A model generated the notes under the pieces. It was not told the DNA's origin, did no database searches, and saw only the letters and a list, made by a program, of their open reading frames with translations. Of a stretch of DNA of 64,000 nucleotides, positions 13,901 through 26,900 are shown piece by piece (within the stretch, counting starts at the first letter, position 1; every line of letters starts with the position of its first letter). The stretch is from the human T2T-CHM13v2.0 reference genome, Homo sapiens, in NCBI RefSeq assembly GCF_009914755.1, contig NC_060939.1. One strand, written 5' to 3'. The translations under genes and the position numbers were made by a program.

Positions 13901-15841
13901 TTCCATTTAATTCCATTCGATTCCATTCCATTCGATTCCATTCCTTTCGATCCCATTCCATTCCAGCCCATTCCATTCGAGTCCATTCCATTCGAGTCCA
14001 TTCCATTCCCTAAAAGTCCATTGCGTTCCACTCCACTCCTTTTCATTCTATTTCACTCCACCCGTCTCCATTCCACTCCACTCCATTCCATTCCATTCCA
14101 TTGCACCCCACTCCACTCCACTCCGTTCAATAACAATCCTTCCCATTCCACTCCATTCCACTCCACTCCACTCCACTCCATTCAATTCCATTCCACCCCA
14201 TTCCTTTCCACTCCATTTCTTTCCACTCCACTTCACCACATTCCTTTCAATTCCATTCGATGTCGTTCGAATCCATTCCAATTGATTCCATTCCTTTCGA
14301 TTCCATTCAATTTGTTTCCATTCCACTTGATTCAATTCAATTCGATTCCATTGCGTTCGATGCCTTTCCATCCGATTCCATTCCAGTCCAGTCGATTCCA
14401 TTGCATTCCGTTCCATTCCATTCCAGTCCATTCCTTTCCATTCCATTCCATTTCATTCCATTCCATTCCACTCCACTCCACTCCACAACACTCCACTCCA
14501 CTCCATACCATTCCATTCCATTTCAATGAAATACATTTCATTCCACTCCATTCCACTCCATTCCAGTCCACTCCACTGCATTCCATTTCAATCCATTCCA
14601 GTCCATTCCACTGCACTCCATCCCAATCCACTCCATTTCTTTCTATTCCATCGCATACCACTTCACTCTACTCCACAGAATTCCACTCCATTCCTTTCCA
14701 TTCCACTCTATTCCAGTCCACTCCACTCTACTCCACTCGACTCCATTCCATTACATTCCACTCCACGCCACTCCACTCCACTCCATTCCACACTATAACA
14801 TACCGTTCCATTCCACTCCAATCCACTGCACTCCATTCCATTCCATTGTATTCCTTCTCATTCCATAGCTTTCAACTCCATTCTACTTCATTACAATCCA
14901 CTCCATTCAATTGAATTCCACCTCATTCCTTTCCACACCACTCCACTCAAGTGCACTCAACTTCACTGCATTCCATTCGATGCTGTTCGATGCCATTTAT
15001 TTCCTTTCCTTTCTATTCCATTGTATTCTATTCCATTGCATTCGATTGCATTCGATTCCGTTCCATCAGTTTCCATTCCATTCGACTCCATTCCTCTCGA
15101 TTCCATTCCATTTGATTCCATTCCATTCCAATCCATTCGATTCCATTCCATTCGATTCCATTCCATTCCAGTCCATTCCATTCCAGTCCATTCCATTCCA
15201 GTCCATTCCTTTCGAGTCCATAGCATTCCAGTTAATTCCATTCCATTCCATTCCATTCTAGTCCTTTCCATTCCACTCCATTCCATTCAAGTCCTTTCCA
15301 TTCCTTTATCTTGACTTCCATTCCATTCCATTCCATTCCATTCCATTCCACTCCATTCCATTTCATTCCACTCCTTTTCTCTCCATTCCATTCCATTCCA
15401 TTCCATCCCATTCCATTCGATTCCATTCCATTCCATTTCATTCCACTCCACTCCACTCCGCTACACTCCACTCCACTCCATTCCATTCCATTCCATTCCA
15501 TTCCACTCCACTCCAATCCGTTGAATTCCATTCCATCCCATTCCATTCCACTTCATTCCACACCTCTCCCCTCCACTTCATCGCATTCCATTTGATACCT
15601 TTCAATGCCATTCCATTCGATTCCATTCCATTTGATTCCATTCCTTTCGATTCCATTTCCTTCGTTTCCAGTCCATTCAATTCCTGTCCGTTCGGTTCCA
15701 TTCCCTCGATTGCATTCCATTTGATTCCTTTCCATTCGATTCCAATCCATACGACTCCATTCCATTACAGACCATTACATTCGATTACTGTCCATTCAAT
15801 TCCATTGCATTCGAGTCCATTACATTCCAGTCCATTCCCTC

Positions 15842-15942
15842 CCAATCCATTCCATGCCAATCCCTTCCAATCCATTCCATTCCACTCCATTCCTTTCCAA
15901 TCCATTCCATGCCAATCCCTTCCAATCCATTCCATTCCACTC
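15842..15942 (+). repeat. 55-bp tandem duplication
   Basis: ccaatccattccatgccaatcccttccaatccattccattccact at 15842 and 15897. Confidence 0.87.
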
Positions 15943-18900
15943 TATTCCACTCCACTCCACTGCACTCCACTCCACTTAATTCCATTCCATTCCATTGCAT
16001 TCCACTCCACTCCACTCCATTCTATTCCCCTCCGTTCAATCCCATTCCTTCACATTCCATTCCATTCCACTCCTCTCCATTTCACTCCATTCAATTCAAT
16101 TCCACCCCATTCCATTCCACTCCATTCCATTCCAATAGACTCCACTTCACCGAAGTCCATTCAATTCCATTTAATGCCATTCGATTCCATTCCATTCGAT
16201 TCCATTCCATTCGATTCCATTCCATTCCAATCCATTCCATTCGATTCCGTTCCATTCAAATGCTTTCCGTTCAAGTCCATTCCGTTTGAGCCAATTCCAT
16301 TCGTGCCAATTCCATTTTAATCCATTCTATTCCACTGCATTCCATTCCACTCCACTCCACTCCATTTCATTCCTTTCCATTCCATTCCACTCCACTCCAC
16401 TCCATTCCACTCCACTCCATTCAATTCCATTCCTTCCCATTCCATTCCATTCCACTCAATACCACTTCACTCCAAGCTACTCCATTCAATTGCGTTCCAC
16501 CCCATTCCATTCCACTCAATTCCTCTCCTCTCCACCCAATGTCACCGCTTTCCATTCAATCCCATTCGATTCCATTTGATCCTATTTGATTCTATTCTAT
16601 TCGATTCCATTCCATTTGATTCCTTTCGATTCCATTCTATTCAATTTGATTCCACTCAGTTTGAGTCCATTGCATTCGAGTCCCTTCCATTCCAGTCCAT
16701 TCCATTCCCTTCCATTCCATTCGAGTCCATTCCATTGCAGTCCAATCCATTCCAGTCCATCCCATTCAATTCCATTCCTTTCAACTCCACTGCAAACCAC
16801 TCCACTTCACTCCACTTGACTCCACTCCACTCCACTCCATTGCATTCCGTCGTATTCCATTCCACTCCATTCTAGTCCACTCCACTCCACTTCAACACAT
16901 TTCATTCGATTACATTTGATGCTATCCATTCGTTTCCAGTTCATTCAATTACATTCCATTCGATTCAATTCCATTTGAGTCCATTCCATTCAATTCCTTT
17001 TTATTTGATTCCGTTACATTCCAGTCCATTCCATTCCAGTCCATTCCATTTGAGTCCATTCCGTTCGAGTCCATTCCATTTCATTCCTTTCCATTCCATA
17101 CCATTCCACTCCACTTCATTCCATTCAATTCCATTCCATTCCATTCCACTCCACTCCACTCCGTTCCACTCCACTCCATTCCATTCCACTCTATTCTACT
17201 ATGCTCCACTCCCCTCCACTCCATTCCATTCCACTCCACTCCACTCTAGTTCACTCCATTCCACTCCACTCCACTCCTCTCCACTGCCCTCCACCCTACT
17301 CCATTCCATTCCTTTCCATTCCACTACACTCCTCTCCATTGCATTCCATACTACTCCAGCCCTTTCCATTCCATTCCATTTCATTCCACTCCACACCACT
17401 TCACTACACACCACTCCACTCCATTCAATTCCATTTCTTCCCATTCCGTTCCATACAACTCCATCCCAATCCATTCAACTCCACTTCACAGCATTCCATT
17501 AGAATCCATTCATTGCCACTCGATTCCATTCTATTCTATTCCATTTCATTGGAGTCCATTCCATTCGATTCCATTCCATTCGATTCCCTTCCATTTGATT
17601 CCAATCCTTTTGAGTCCATTCCATTCCTATCCATTCCAAACGATTTCATTCCATTTGTGTCCATTCCATTCCAGTAAATTCCATTCCCGTCCAGTACATT
17701 CCACTCCATTCCCTGAGACACCATTCCATTCCATTTGATTCCATTCCATTCCATTCTGTTTAGTTCCATTGCATTTCATTTCATTCGATTCCATTCCATT
17801 CGAGTCCATTCCATTCGAGTCCATTCCATTCCATTCCATTCCATTCCGCTCCATTCAATTCTATTCCAGTGAATACCTTTTCATTCGAGTCCATTCCTAT
17901 CGAGTCCATTCCATGCAAGTCCATTTGACTCAAGTCCTTTCCATTGAAGTCGATTCCATTCGAGTCCATTCCTCTCTAGTCCATTCCATTACACTCCATT
18001 CCATTCCATTCCATTGCATTTGATTCCATTCCATTCAAGTCCATTCCTTTCGAGTCCATTCCATTCGGCTCCATTCCATTCGAGTCCATTCCATTCCATT
18101 CCATTCCATTCCATTCCATTCCTTTCTATTCGATTCCATTCCATTCGAGTCCATTCTATTTCAGTCCATTCCATTCCAGTCCATTTCATTCGAGTCCATT
18201 CCACTCGGCTCCATTCCATTCCGTTGCATTCCATTCCATTCCTTTCCATTTGATTCCATCCCATTCGAGTCCATTCCATTCGAGTCCATTCCATCCGAGT
18301 CCATTCAACTTGAGTCCATTCCACTCGAATCCATTCCATTCGAGTCCTGTTGACTCTAGTCCATTTCGCACGAGTCCATTCCATTTGAGTCCATTCCACT
18401 GGAGTCCATTCCTTTCCACTCCCTTCTATTCCATTCCATTCCACTCCATTCCATTGCATTGCATTCCATTGCACTCCACTCCAAACCTCTCCACTCCGTT
18501 CATTTCCCATCCTTCCCATTCCATTTCATTCCACTGCTTTACACTCCACTCCACTCTACTCCTTTCAATTACATTCCACCCCATTCCCTTCCCCTTCTTT
18601 CCACTCCATTCCCCTCCATTTCACCGTATTCCATTCGATTCCATTCGATGCCATTCGATTTCATTCCACTCGGTTCCATTCCATTCGATCCCATTCCATT
18701 TGATTCCATTCCATTAGATTCCATTCAATTCGATTCCATTCCATTCGTTCCCATTCTTTTCAAATCCGTTCCATTCGTTTCCATTCCTTTCGAGTCCATT
18801 CCATTGGAGTCCATTTCAATCAATTCCTTTCAGCTTCATGTTATTTGACTCCATTCCATTCGATTCCATTCCATTCGTTTCCATTCCATTATATTCAATT

Positions 18901-18950
18901 CCATTCGATTCCTTTCCATTCCGTTCTGTTCCGTTCCATTCCATTCCATT

Positions 18951-19135
18951 CTATTTCATTCCATGTCATGCCATTCCATTCCATTCCATTCTATGCCATT
19001 CCATTCCATTCCATGCCATTCCATTCTATTCCATTTCATGCCATTCCATTCCATTCCATTTCATGCCCTTCCATTCCATTTCATTCCATTCCAAGCCATT
19101 CCATTCCATTCCATTGCAAGCCATTCCATTCCATT
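18951..19135 (+). repeat. Local ~25-bp minisatellite marked by ATGCC/AAGCC variants
   Basis: atgcc at 18968, 18993, 19013, 19038, 19063 and aagcc at 19093, 19118 (spacings 25, 20, 25, 25, 30, 25). Confidence 0.75.
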
Positions 19136-20181
19136 CCATTTGATTCCATTCCATTGGTTTCCATTCCATTCAAGTCCATTCGTTTCCAGTGCTTTCCATT
19201 CGGGTGCATTCCATTCCAATCCATTCCTTTCCTGTTCCTTCCATTCCAGTCCTTTCCATCTGATTCCTTTCATTTGATTACATTGTATTTCATTGCATTG
19301 CACTCGATTCCATTCCATTCAAGGCCATTCCTTTCGAGTCCATTCCATTCGAGTCCATTCCTTTCGAATCCAATCCTTTCTATTCCATTCAATATGATTC
19401 CTTCCATTCCTTTCCATTCTATTCCACTCCGTTCCATTCAAGTCCATTCCACTGGAGTCCATTCCACTCGAGACCATTCCATACCATTCCATTCCTTTCG
19501 AGTCCATTCCATTCCGTTACATTCCTTTCCATTCGATTCCATTCCATTTGAGTCCATTCCAGTCCAGTCCAATCCATTAGAGTCCTTTCCATTCCATTAA
19601 ATTCCTTTCCATTCGATTTCTCTCTATTCGAGTAAATTCCATTTGAGTCCATTCCATTCAAGTCCTTTTGACTCGAGTCCATTCCATTCAAGTCCAGTCT
19701 ACTCGAGTTCATTCCACTCGACTCCATTGCACTCGAGTCCATTCCATTTGGGTCCATTTCACTCGAGGCCATTCCATTCCATTCCACTCCATTCCATTCC
19801 ATTCCATTCCACTACACTCCACTTCACTCCATTTTATTCCACTACACTCCATTCCATTTCATTTCATTCCATTGCAGTCCACTCCAATCTAGTTCACTCC
19901 GTTCAATCCCATTCCTTCCCATTCCTTTCTACTTTCCTACTTTCCAATCCACTCCAGTCCACTCCATTCAGTTACATTCCACCCCATTTCCATTCCACTC
20001 AATTCCACTCCAGTCCATTATTTTTACCGCATTCCATTCGATTCCATTTGATGCCATTCAATTCCATTCCATTCGATTCCATTCCATTCGATCCCATTCC
20101 ATTTGATTCCATTCCATTCGATTCCACTCCATTCGATGGCACTCCATTCGATCCCAGTCCACTTGATTCCATTCCATTCGA

Positions 20182-20315
20182 TTCCATTCCATTTGAAGGC
20201 ATTCCATTCGAGTCCATTCCTATGGAGTCCATTAGATTCCATTCCTTTCCATTCCATTTGAAGGCATTCCATTCGAGTCCATTCCTATGGAGTCCATTAG
20301 ATTCCATTCCTTTCC
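20182..20315 (+). repeat. Exact 65-bp tandem duplication
   Basis: tttgaaggcattccattcgagtccattcctatggagtccattagattccattcctttcc at 20192 and 20257. Confidence 0.93.
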
Positions 20316-23300
20316 GTTCCATTTCATTTCATTCCTTTCAATTCGATTCCATTCGATTTCATTCCATTCCATTCCATTCCTTTCCATTCCATTCTGTTAC
20401 AATCTCTTCTTTTCCATTTGTTTCCATTCCATTCGATTCCATTCTATTTCTGTCCATTCCATTCGATTCCATTCGATTCCAGTCCATTGCATTCCAGTCC
20501 ATTCCTTTCTACTCCTTTCCTTTCGATTCCATTCCATTCGATTGCATTCAATTTGATTCCATTCCAATCGATTCCACTCCAGTCCATTCCTTTAGATTCC
20601 TTTCCTTTCGATTCCATTCCATTCGATTGCATTCAATTGTATTCCATTCCAATCAATTCCATTCCATTTGAGTCAATTCCTTTCGAGTCTATTACATTCG
20701 AATACATTCCTTTTGAGTCCATTCCATTCCAGTCCATTACGTTCGAGTCCATTCGATTCCAGTCCATAACATTTGATTCCATTCCATTCTATTCGATATC
20801 TTTCCATTCCTTTCCATTCCGTTATATTCGAGTCCATTCCATTCGAGTGCATTCCACGCGAGTCCATTCCATTCCAGTCCAGATCATTTGATTCCATTCC
20901 ATTCCATTCCATTGCATTCTCTTCCACTAAATTCTGTATCTTTCTATTCCTCTCCATTCCATGCCATTGCATTCCATTCCATTCCATTCCATACCATTCT
21001 TTTCCAAAACACTGCGCTTCATTCCAATCCACTCCATTCCATTCCATCCCAATCCACTGCATCCCATTCCAATCCACTCCACTCCACACCACTCCATTCA
21101 ATTCCATTCTTTTGTATTCCATTCCATTCCACTCCATTCCACTACACTTGACTCCACTCCATTCAATTCCATTTCACACCATTACATTCCACTCCAAACC
21201 ACTCTGCTTCACCGCTTTCCATTTGATTGCATTCAATTCCATTTGATTTCATTCCATTTAATTCGATTCCATTTGATTCCATACCATTCGATTCCATTCC
21301 ATTCCATTCGATTCCATACCATTCGATTCCATTCCATTCCATTCGATTCCATTCCATTCGATTCCATTCCATTCCATTCGATTCCATTCCATTCATTTCC
21401 ATTCCATTCCAGTCCTTTTCTTTCTATTCCATTCCGTTCCATTCCATTCCATTCCATTAATTTCCATTCCGTTGCATTGCATTCCATTCCATTCCATCCA
21501 ATTAAATTCCATTACATTCGATTCTCTTCCATTCGCTTCCATTACATTTGATACCATTCCATTCGTCTGCATTTCTTTCGATTCCGTTGTATTCAATACC
21601 CTTCCATTCCATTCCATTGCATTCCATTCCATTCCGTTCCATTCCATTGCATTCCATTCCATTCCATTCCATTCCGTTTCTTTCCATTCCTTTCTATTTC
21701 ATTCTTTTCTATTTCATTCGATTCCATTCATTTCCAGTCCATTCCATTGCAATCCATTCCATTCACGTCCATTCTATTCCACTCCATTCCATTCCAGTTC
21801 ATTCCATTCTGTTGCATTCCATTCAATTCCATTCCACTCGATTCCATTCCCTTCGCATCCATTCCTTTCGAGTCCATTCCATTCGAGTCCATTCCATTCC
21901 AGGCCATTTCATTTGATTCCATTACATTCGATTCCAATCCATTCGATCCCATTCTGTTCGATTCTGTACTGTTCGAGCTCATTCCATTCGATTCCAATCC
22001 ATTTGATTCCATTCCATTCCATTACATTATGTTCGATTTCATTCCATTCGATTCCATTCCATTCGATTCCATTATATTGGAATCCATTCTTTTCCATTTG
22101 ATTCTATTCCAATCCCATTACATTACATTACATTTCATTCCATTCCATTACATTCCTTTTGAGTCCATTCCATTTCCTGTCCATTCCATTCAAGTCTATT
22201 CCATTCCACGCCATTCCATTCCATTCCATTGCAGTCCATGTGGCTCGAGTCAATTCCACCCGAGTCCATTCCATTCACGTCCATTCCTCTCGAGTCTATT
22301 CCATTTCACTCCATTCCATTCCATTTCATTCGATTCCATTCCATTCGATTCCTTTCCATTCGAGTCCATTCTATTCCTAACCAATCAATTCGAGTCCATT
22401 CAATTCTATTCCTTTCCATTTGATTCCATTCCATTCCAGTCCATTCCATTCAAGTCCATTCCATTCCATTCCATTCCGTTTCATTCCATTCCATTCTATT
22501 GGAATCCATGTGTCTCGTGTCTATTCCACCCAAGTCAATTCCATTCGAATCCATTCCACTCGAGTCCATTCCGTTCTAGTACATTTGACTCCAGCCCATT
22601 CAACTCGAGTCCATTCCATTCGAGTCCATTCCGCTTGAGTCCATTCCATTTCACTCCATTCCATTCCATTACTTTTCATTTGATTGCTTTCCATTCGATT
22701 CCGTTTCATTTGATTCCATTCCATTCCTGTCGAATCCATTCGAGCCCATTCCATTCCACTTCTTTCTATTTGATTCTGTTTGATTCGAGTCCATTCCCTT
22801 CGAGCCCATTCCATTCTAGTCCATTCCAATAGAGTCCATTCCATTCAATTCCAGTCGACTCGAGTCCATTCCACTCGATTCCATTCCATTCGAGTCCATT
22901 CCATTCCATTCCATTCCATTTGATTTGATTCCATTCAACTCGAGTCCATTCAATTCGAGTCTATTCCACTCGAGTCCATTCCATTCCACTCCATTCCATT
23001 CCAGTCCAGTCCATACCATTACCCTGCGCTCCTCTCCATTACCTTCCACTCCACTCCATTCCATTCTGTTGCATTCCATTCCACTCCACTCCAATCCACT
23101 TCACTACATACAATTCCATTCCTTCACATTCCATTACATTGCACTGCTTTAGACTCAACTCAACCCCACTCCATTCAATTCCATTTCACCCCATTCCTTT
23201 CCCCTCCATTCCACTCCACTCCACTCCATTTCACCGCATTTCTTTCGGTTCCATTCGATGCCATTCTCTTCCATTCCATTCGGTTCCATTCCAATCGATT

Positions 23301-23603
23301 CCCTTCTATTAGAATCCATTCCATTTGATTCCATTCCATTCGAGACCATTCCATTGCACTCCAATCCATTCCATTCCGTTCAGTTCCATTCCATTCGATT
23401 CCATTCCATTCTATTCAATTCCTTTCGTTTCCTTCCATTTTAGTCCTTTCCATTGTAGTCCATTGCATTCCATTCCATTTGATTCCATTCCCTTCCATTC
23501 GTTTCCACCTCATTCCATTCCATTCCATTCCAATCTATTCCATTTGATTCCATTCAATTCCATTCCGTTCGATTCCATTCCATTCGATTGCACTCCAATG
23601 CTT

Positions 23604-23994
23604 TCCATTCCATTCCTTTCCATTCCATTCCATCCCATTCGATATCTTTCCACTGCATTCCATTCCATTACATTCGAGTCCATTCCATTCAAGTCCATTG
23701 TGATCGAGTCCATTCCATTCCATTCCATTCCACTCCACTCCATTCCATTCCTTTCCATTCCATTCCATCCCATTCGATATCTTTCCACTGCATTCCATTC
23801 CATTACATTCGAGTCCATTCCATTCAAGTCCATTGTGATCGAGTCCATTCCATTCCATTCCATTCCACTCCACTCCATTCCATTCCTTTCCATTCCATTC
23901 CATCCCATTCGATATCTTTCCACTGCATTCCATTCCATTACATTCGAGTCCATTCCATTCAAGTCCATTGTGATCGAGTCCATTCCATTCCATT
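23604..23994 (+). repeat. Exact 135-bp tandem triplication (~2.9 copies)
   Basis: gatatc (EcoRV) at 23641, 23776 and 23911. aagtccattgtgatcgagtcc recurs at the same spacing. Also visible as a 45-aa repeat in ORFs 23510..23983 and 23535..24008. Confidence 0.96.
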
Positions 23995-26900
23995 ACACTC
24001 CACTCCACTCCCTTCCATTCCTGCCATACTCATTGTATTCCACTACATTCCAGTCCATTCCTCTCCATTCCATTCCATTCCATTGCATTCCATTCAAATC
24101 CACTCCAATCCACTCCACTCCGTTCAATTCCACTCTTTCCTCTTCCATTCCATTCCACTCCATACCACTCCACTCCATTCCACTTCACTCCACTACATTC
24201 CTATCCACTCCACTCCATTCCATTCCGCTTCACTCTACTCCTCTCCGTTCCACTCCCCTCCATTCAAATCCTTTCCTTCTCATTCCATTCCATTCTGCTC
24301 CATTCCACTGCACTCCACTCCATTCCATTCGGTTCCATTCCATTCGATCCCATTCCATTTGATTCCATTCATTCAATTCAATTCCTATTGTTTCCATTCC
24401 TTTTGAGTCCTTTCCATTGTAGTCCATTGTATTCCACTCCATTCCATTCCATTCCATTTTATTCCATTCCATTCCATTCCATTCCACTCCCTTCGATTCC
24501 ACTCCATTCGATCCCACTCCATTCAATCCCATTCCATTCAATTCCAGTCCATTTGATTCCATTCCATTTGAATGTTTTCCATTCGAGTTCATTACATTGG
24601 AGTCCAATCCATTCCATTGCATTTCATTTCTTTCCATTCCATTCGGTTCCATTCCATTCCATTCCATTCTGTTCCGTTCCATTCCATTCCATTCCATTCC
24701 ATTCCATTCCATTCCGTTCTTTTTCATTCCATTCGAATCCTTTCCATTTCAGTCCATTCCATTCGATTCCATTCATTTCCAGTCCATTGCGTTCCAGTCC
24801 ATTCCTTTCTATTACTTTCCTTTCAATTCCCTTCCATTTGATTGCATTCAATTCGATTCTATTCCAATTGATTCCATTGCATTCGAGTCAATACCTTTCG
24901 AGTCCGCTCCATTCGATTCCGTTCCATACGAGTCCATTCCATCCCAGTCAATTACATTTGAGTCCATTCCATTCCATACCATACCATTTTATTCCATTCC
25001 CTTGCATTCCATTCTATTCAATTCGATATCTTTCCATTCCATTCCATTCCATCAGATTCAAGTCCACTCCATTCAAGTGCAATCCACTCGAGTACATTCC
25101 ATTCCATTCCATTACACTCCATTCCATTCCACTCCATTCCATTCCATTCCAATTCATTCCATTCCATTCCACTGCATTTGATTCCAATCCACTCCATTCC
25201 ATTGCATCACATTGCAGTGCATTCCATTACAATCCACTCCACTCCACTCCACTGCACTCCACTCTGTTCAATTCCATTCATTCATATTGCATAATATTCT
25301 CCTCCATTCTGCTCCACTCCACTCCATTCCTATCAATTCCATTTCTCCGCACTACATTCCAATCCATTCCACTCTATTCCACTCCGCTTCACTGCATTCC
25401 ATTCGAATCCATTTGTTTCCATTTGATTTCATTCCGTTTGATTCCATTCCATTTGATTCCATTCCATTCGATCCCATTCCATTCGATTCCATTTCTTTCC
25501 ATTCCATTGCATTCCATTCCATTCCATTCCATTCCATTCCATTCCATTCCATTCCATTCCGTTCCATTCCCTTCCATTCTATTCCATTCTATTCCCTTCC
25601 CTTCCATTCCATTCCATTCTATTCCATTGCTTTGCATTCCATTCCATTCCATTCCATTCCATTGCACTCCATTCCATTCCATTCACTTCCATTCCATTCC
25701 ATTCCAATCCCTTCCATTCCATTCCATTCCCTTCCATTCCATTCCATTCCATTCCATTCCATTCCCTTCCATTCCATTCCATTGCATTTCATTCCATTCC
25801 ATTCTTTCCAGTCCAGTCCACTCCATTAGAGTCCACTTGATTCCACTCCATTCCACTCCAATCCACTCCACACCACTCCATTCCACTCCAATCCACTCCA
25901 TCACCCTAAAATCCAATCCACTCCATTCCACTCCACTCAAATGCACTCCACTCCACTGCATTCCACACCACTGCACTCTACTCCACTCCACTACATTCCA
26001 CTGCACTCCACTCCGTTCCATTCCATTGCATTCATTTCCACTCCAGTCCACCCTACTCCCCTCCATAAAATTCCATTCCATTCCATTGCATTCCACTCCA
26101 CTCCTCTCCACTCCCCTCCATACAATTCCATTCCATCTACTACACTCCACTCTGTTCCATTCCACTCCATACCATTCCATTAAATTCCACTCCAGTCCAG
26201 TCCACTCCATTCCAATCCATTGCATTCCATTTCACTCCACTCCACTCCACTCCATTCCATTACATTCCATTGCATTCCACTCAGTTCTATTCCATTCCAT
26301 TCAATTGCGTTCCATTCGACTCCATTCCATTCGAGTCCATTCCATTCCAGTCCATTTCTTTCGAGTCCATTCCACTCCATTCCATTGGAGTCCATTCCAC
26401 TCCATTCCATTCCATTCCATTCCATTCCATTCCATTCCATTTCACTCCATTCCATTCCCTTACAGTCCATTCCGTTCAATTTAACTCCACTCCACTCCAT
26501 TCCATTCCACTCCTTTCCATTCCATTCCATTCCATTCCATTCCATTCCACTCCACTCCATTCCATTCTTCTCCATTCCAGTCCAATTTTCTCCACTCCCC
26601 ACTATTCCACTGCACTCCATTCCATTCCACTCCACTCCACTCGTCTCCAATACATTCCACCTCATTCCACTCCATTCCATTTGATTCGATTCCATTCCAT
26701 TCCATTCCACTCCATTCCAATCCATTCCACTCCACTCCATTCCATTCCACTCTACTCCTCTCCACTCCATTCCACTTCACTTCACTCTTCTATGTTCAAT
26801 TCCATTCCGTCCCATTCCATTCCTTTCCACTCCATTCCACTCCAATACACTCAACTCCATTCAATTCCTTTCCACCCTATTCCATTACACTCCACTCCAC

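Noticed and set aside
23510-24008. ORFs with a perfect 45-aa triple repeat
   Set aside because: This reflects the 135-bp DNA triplication and appears in all frames on both strands.
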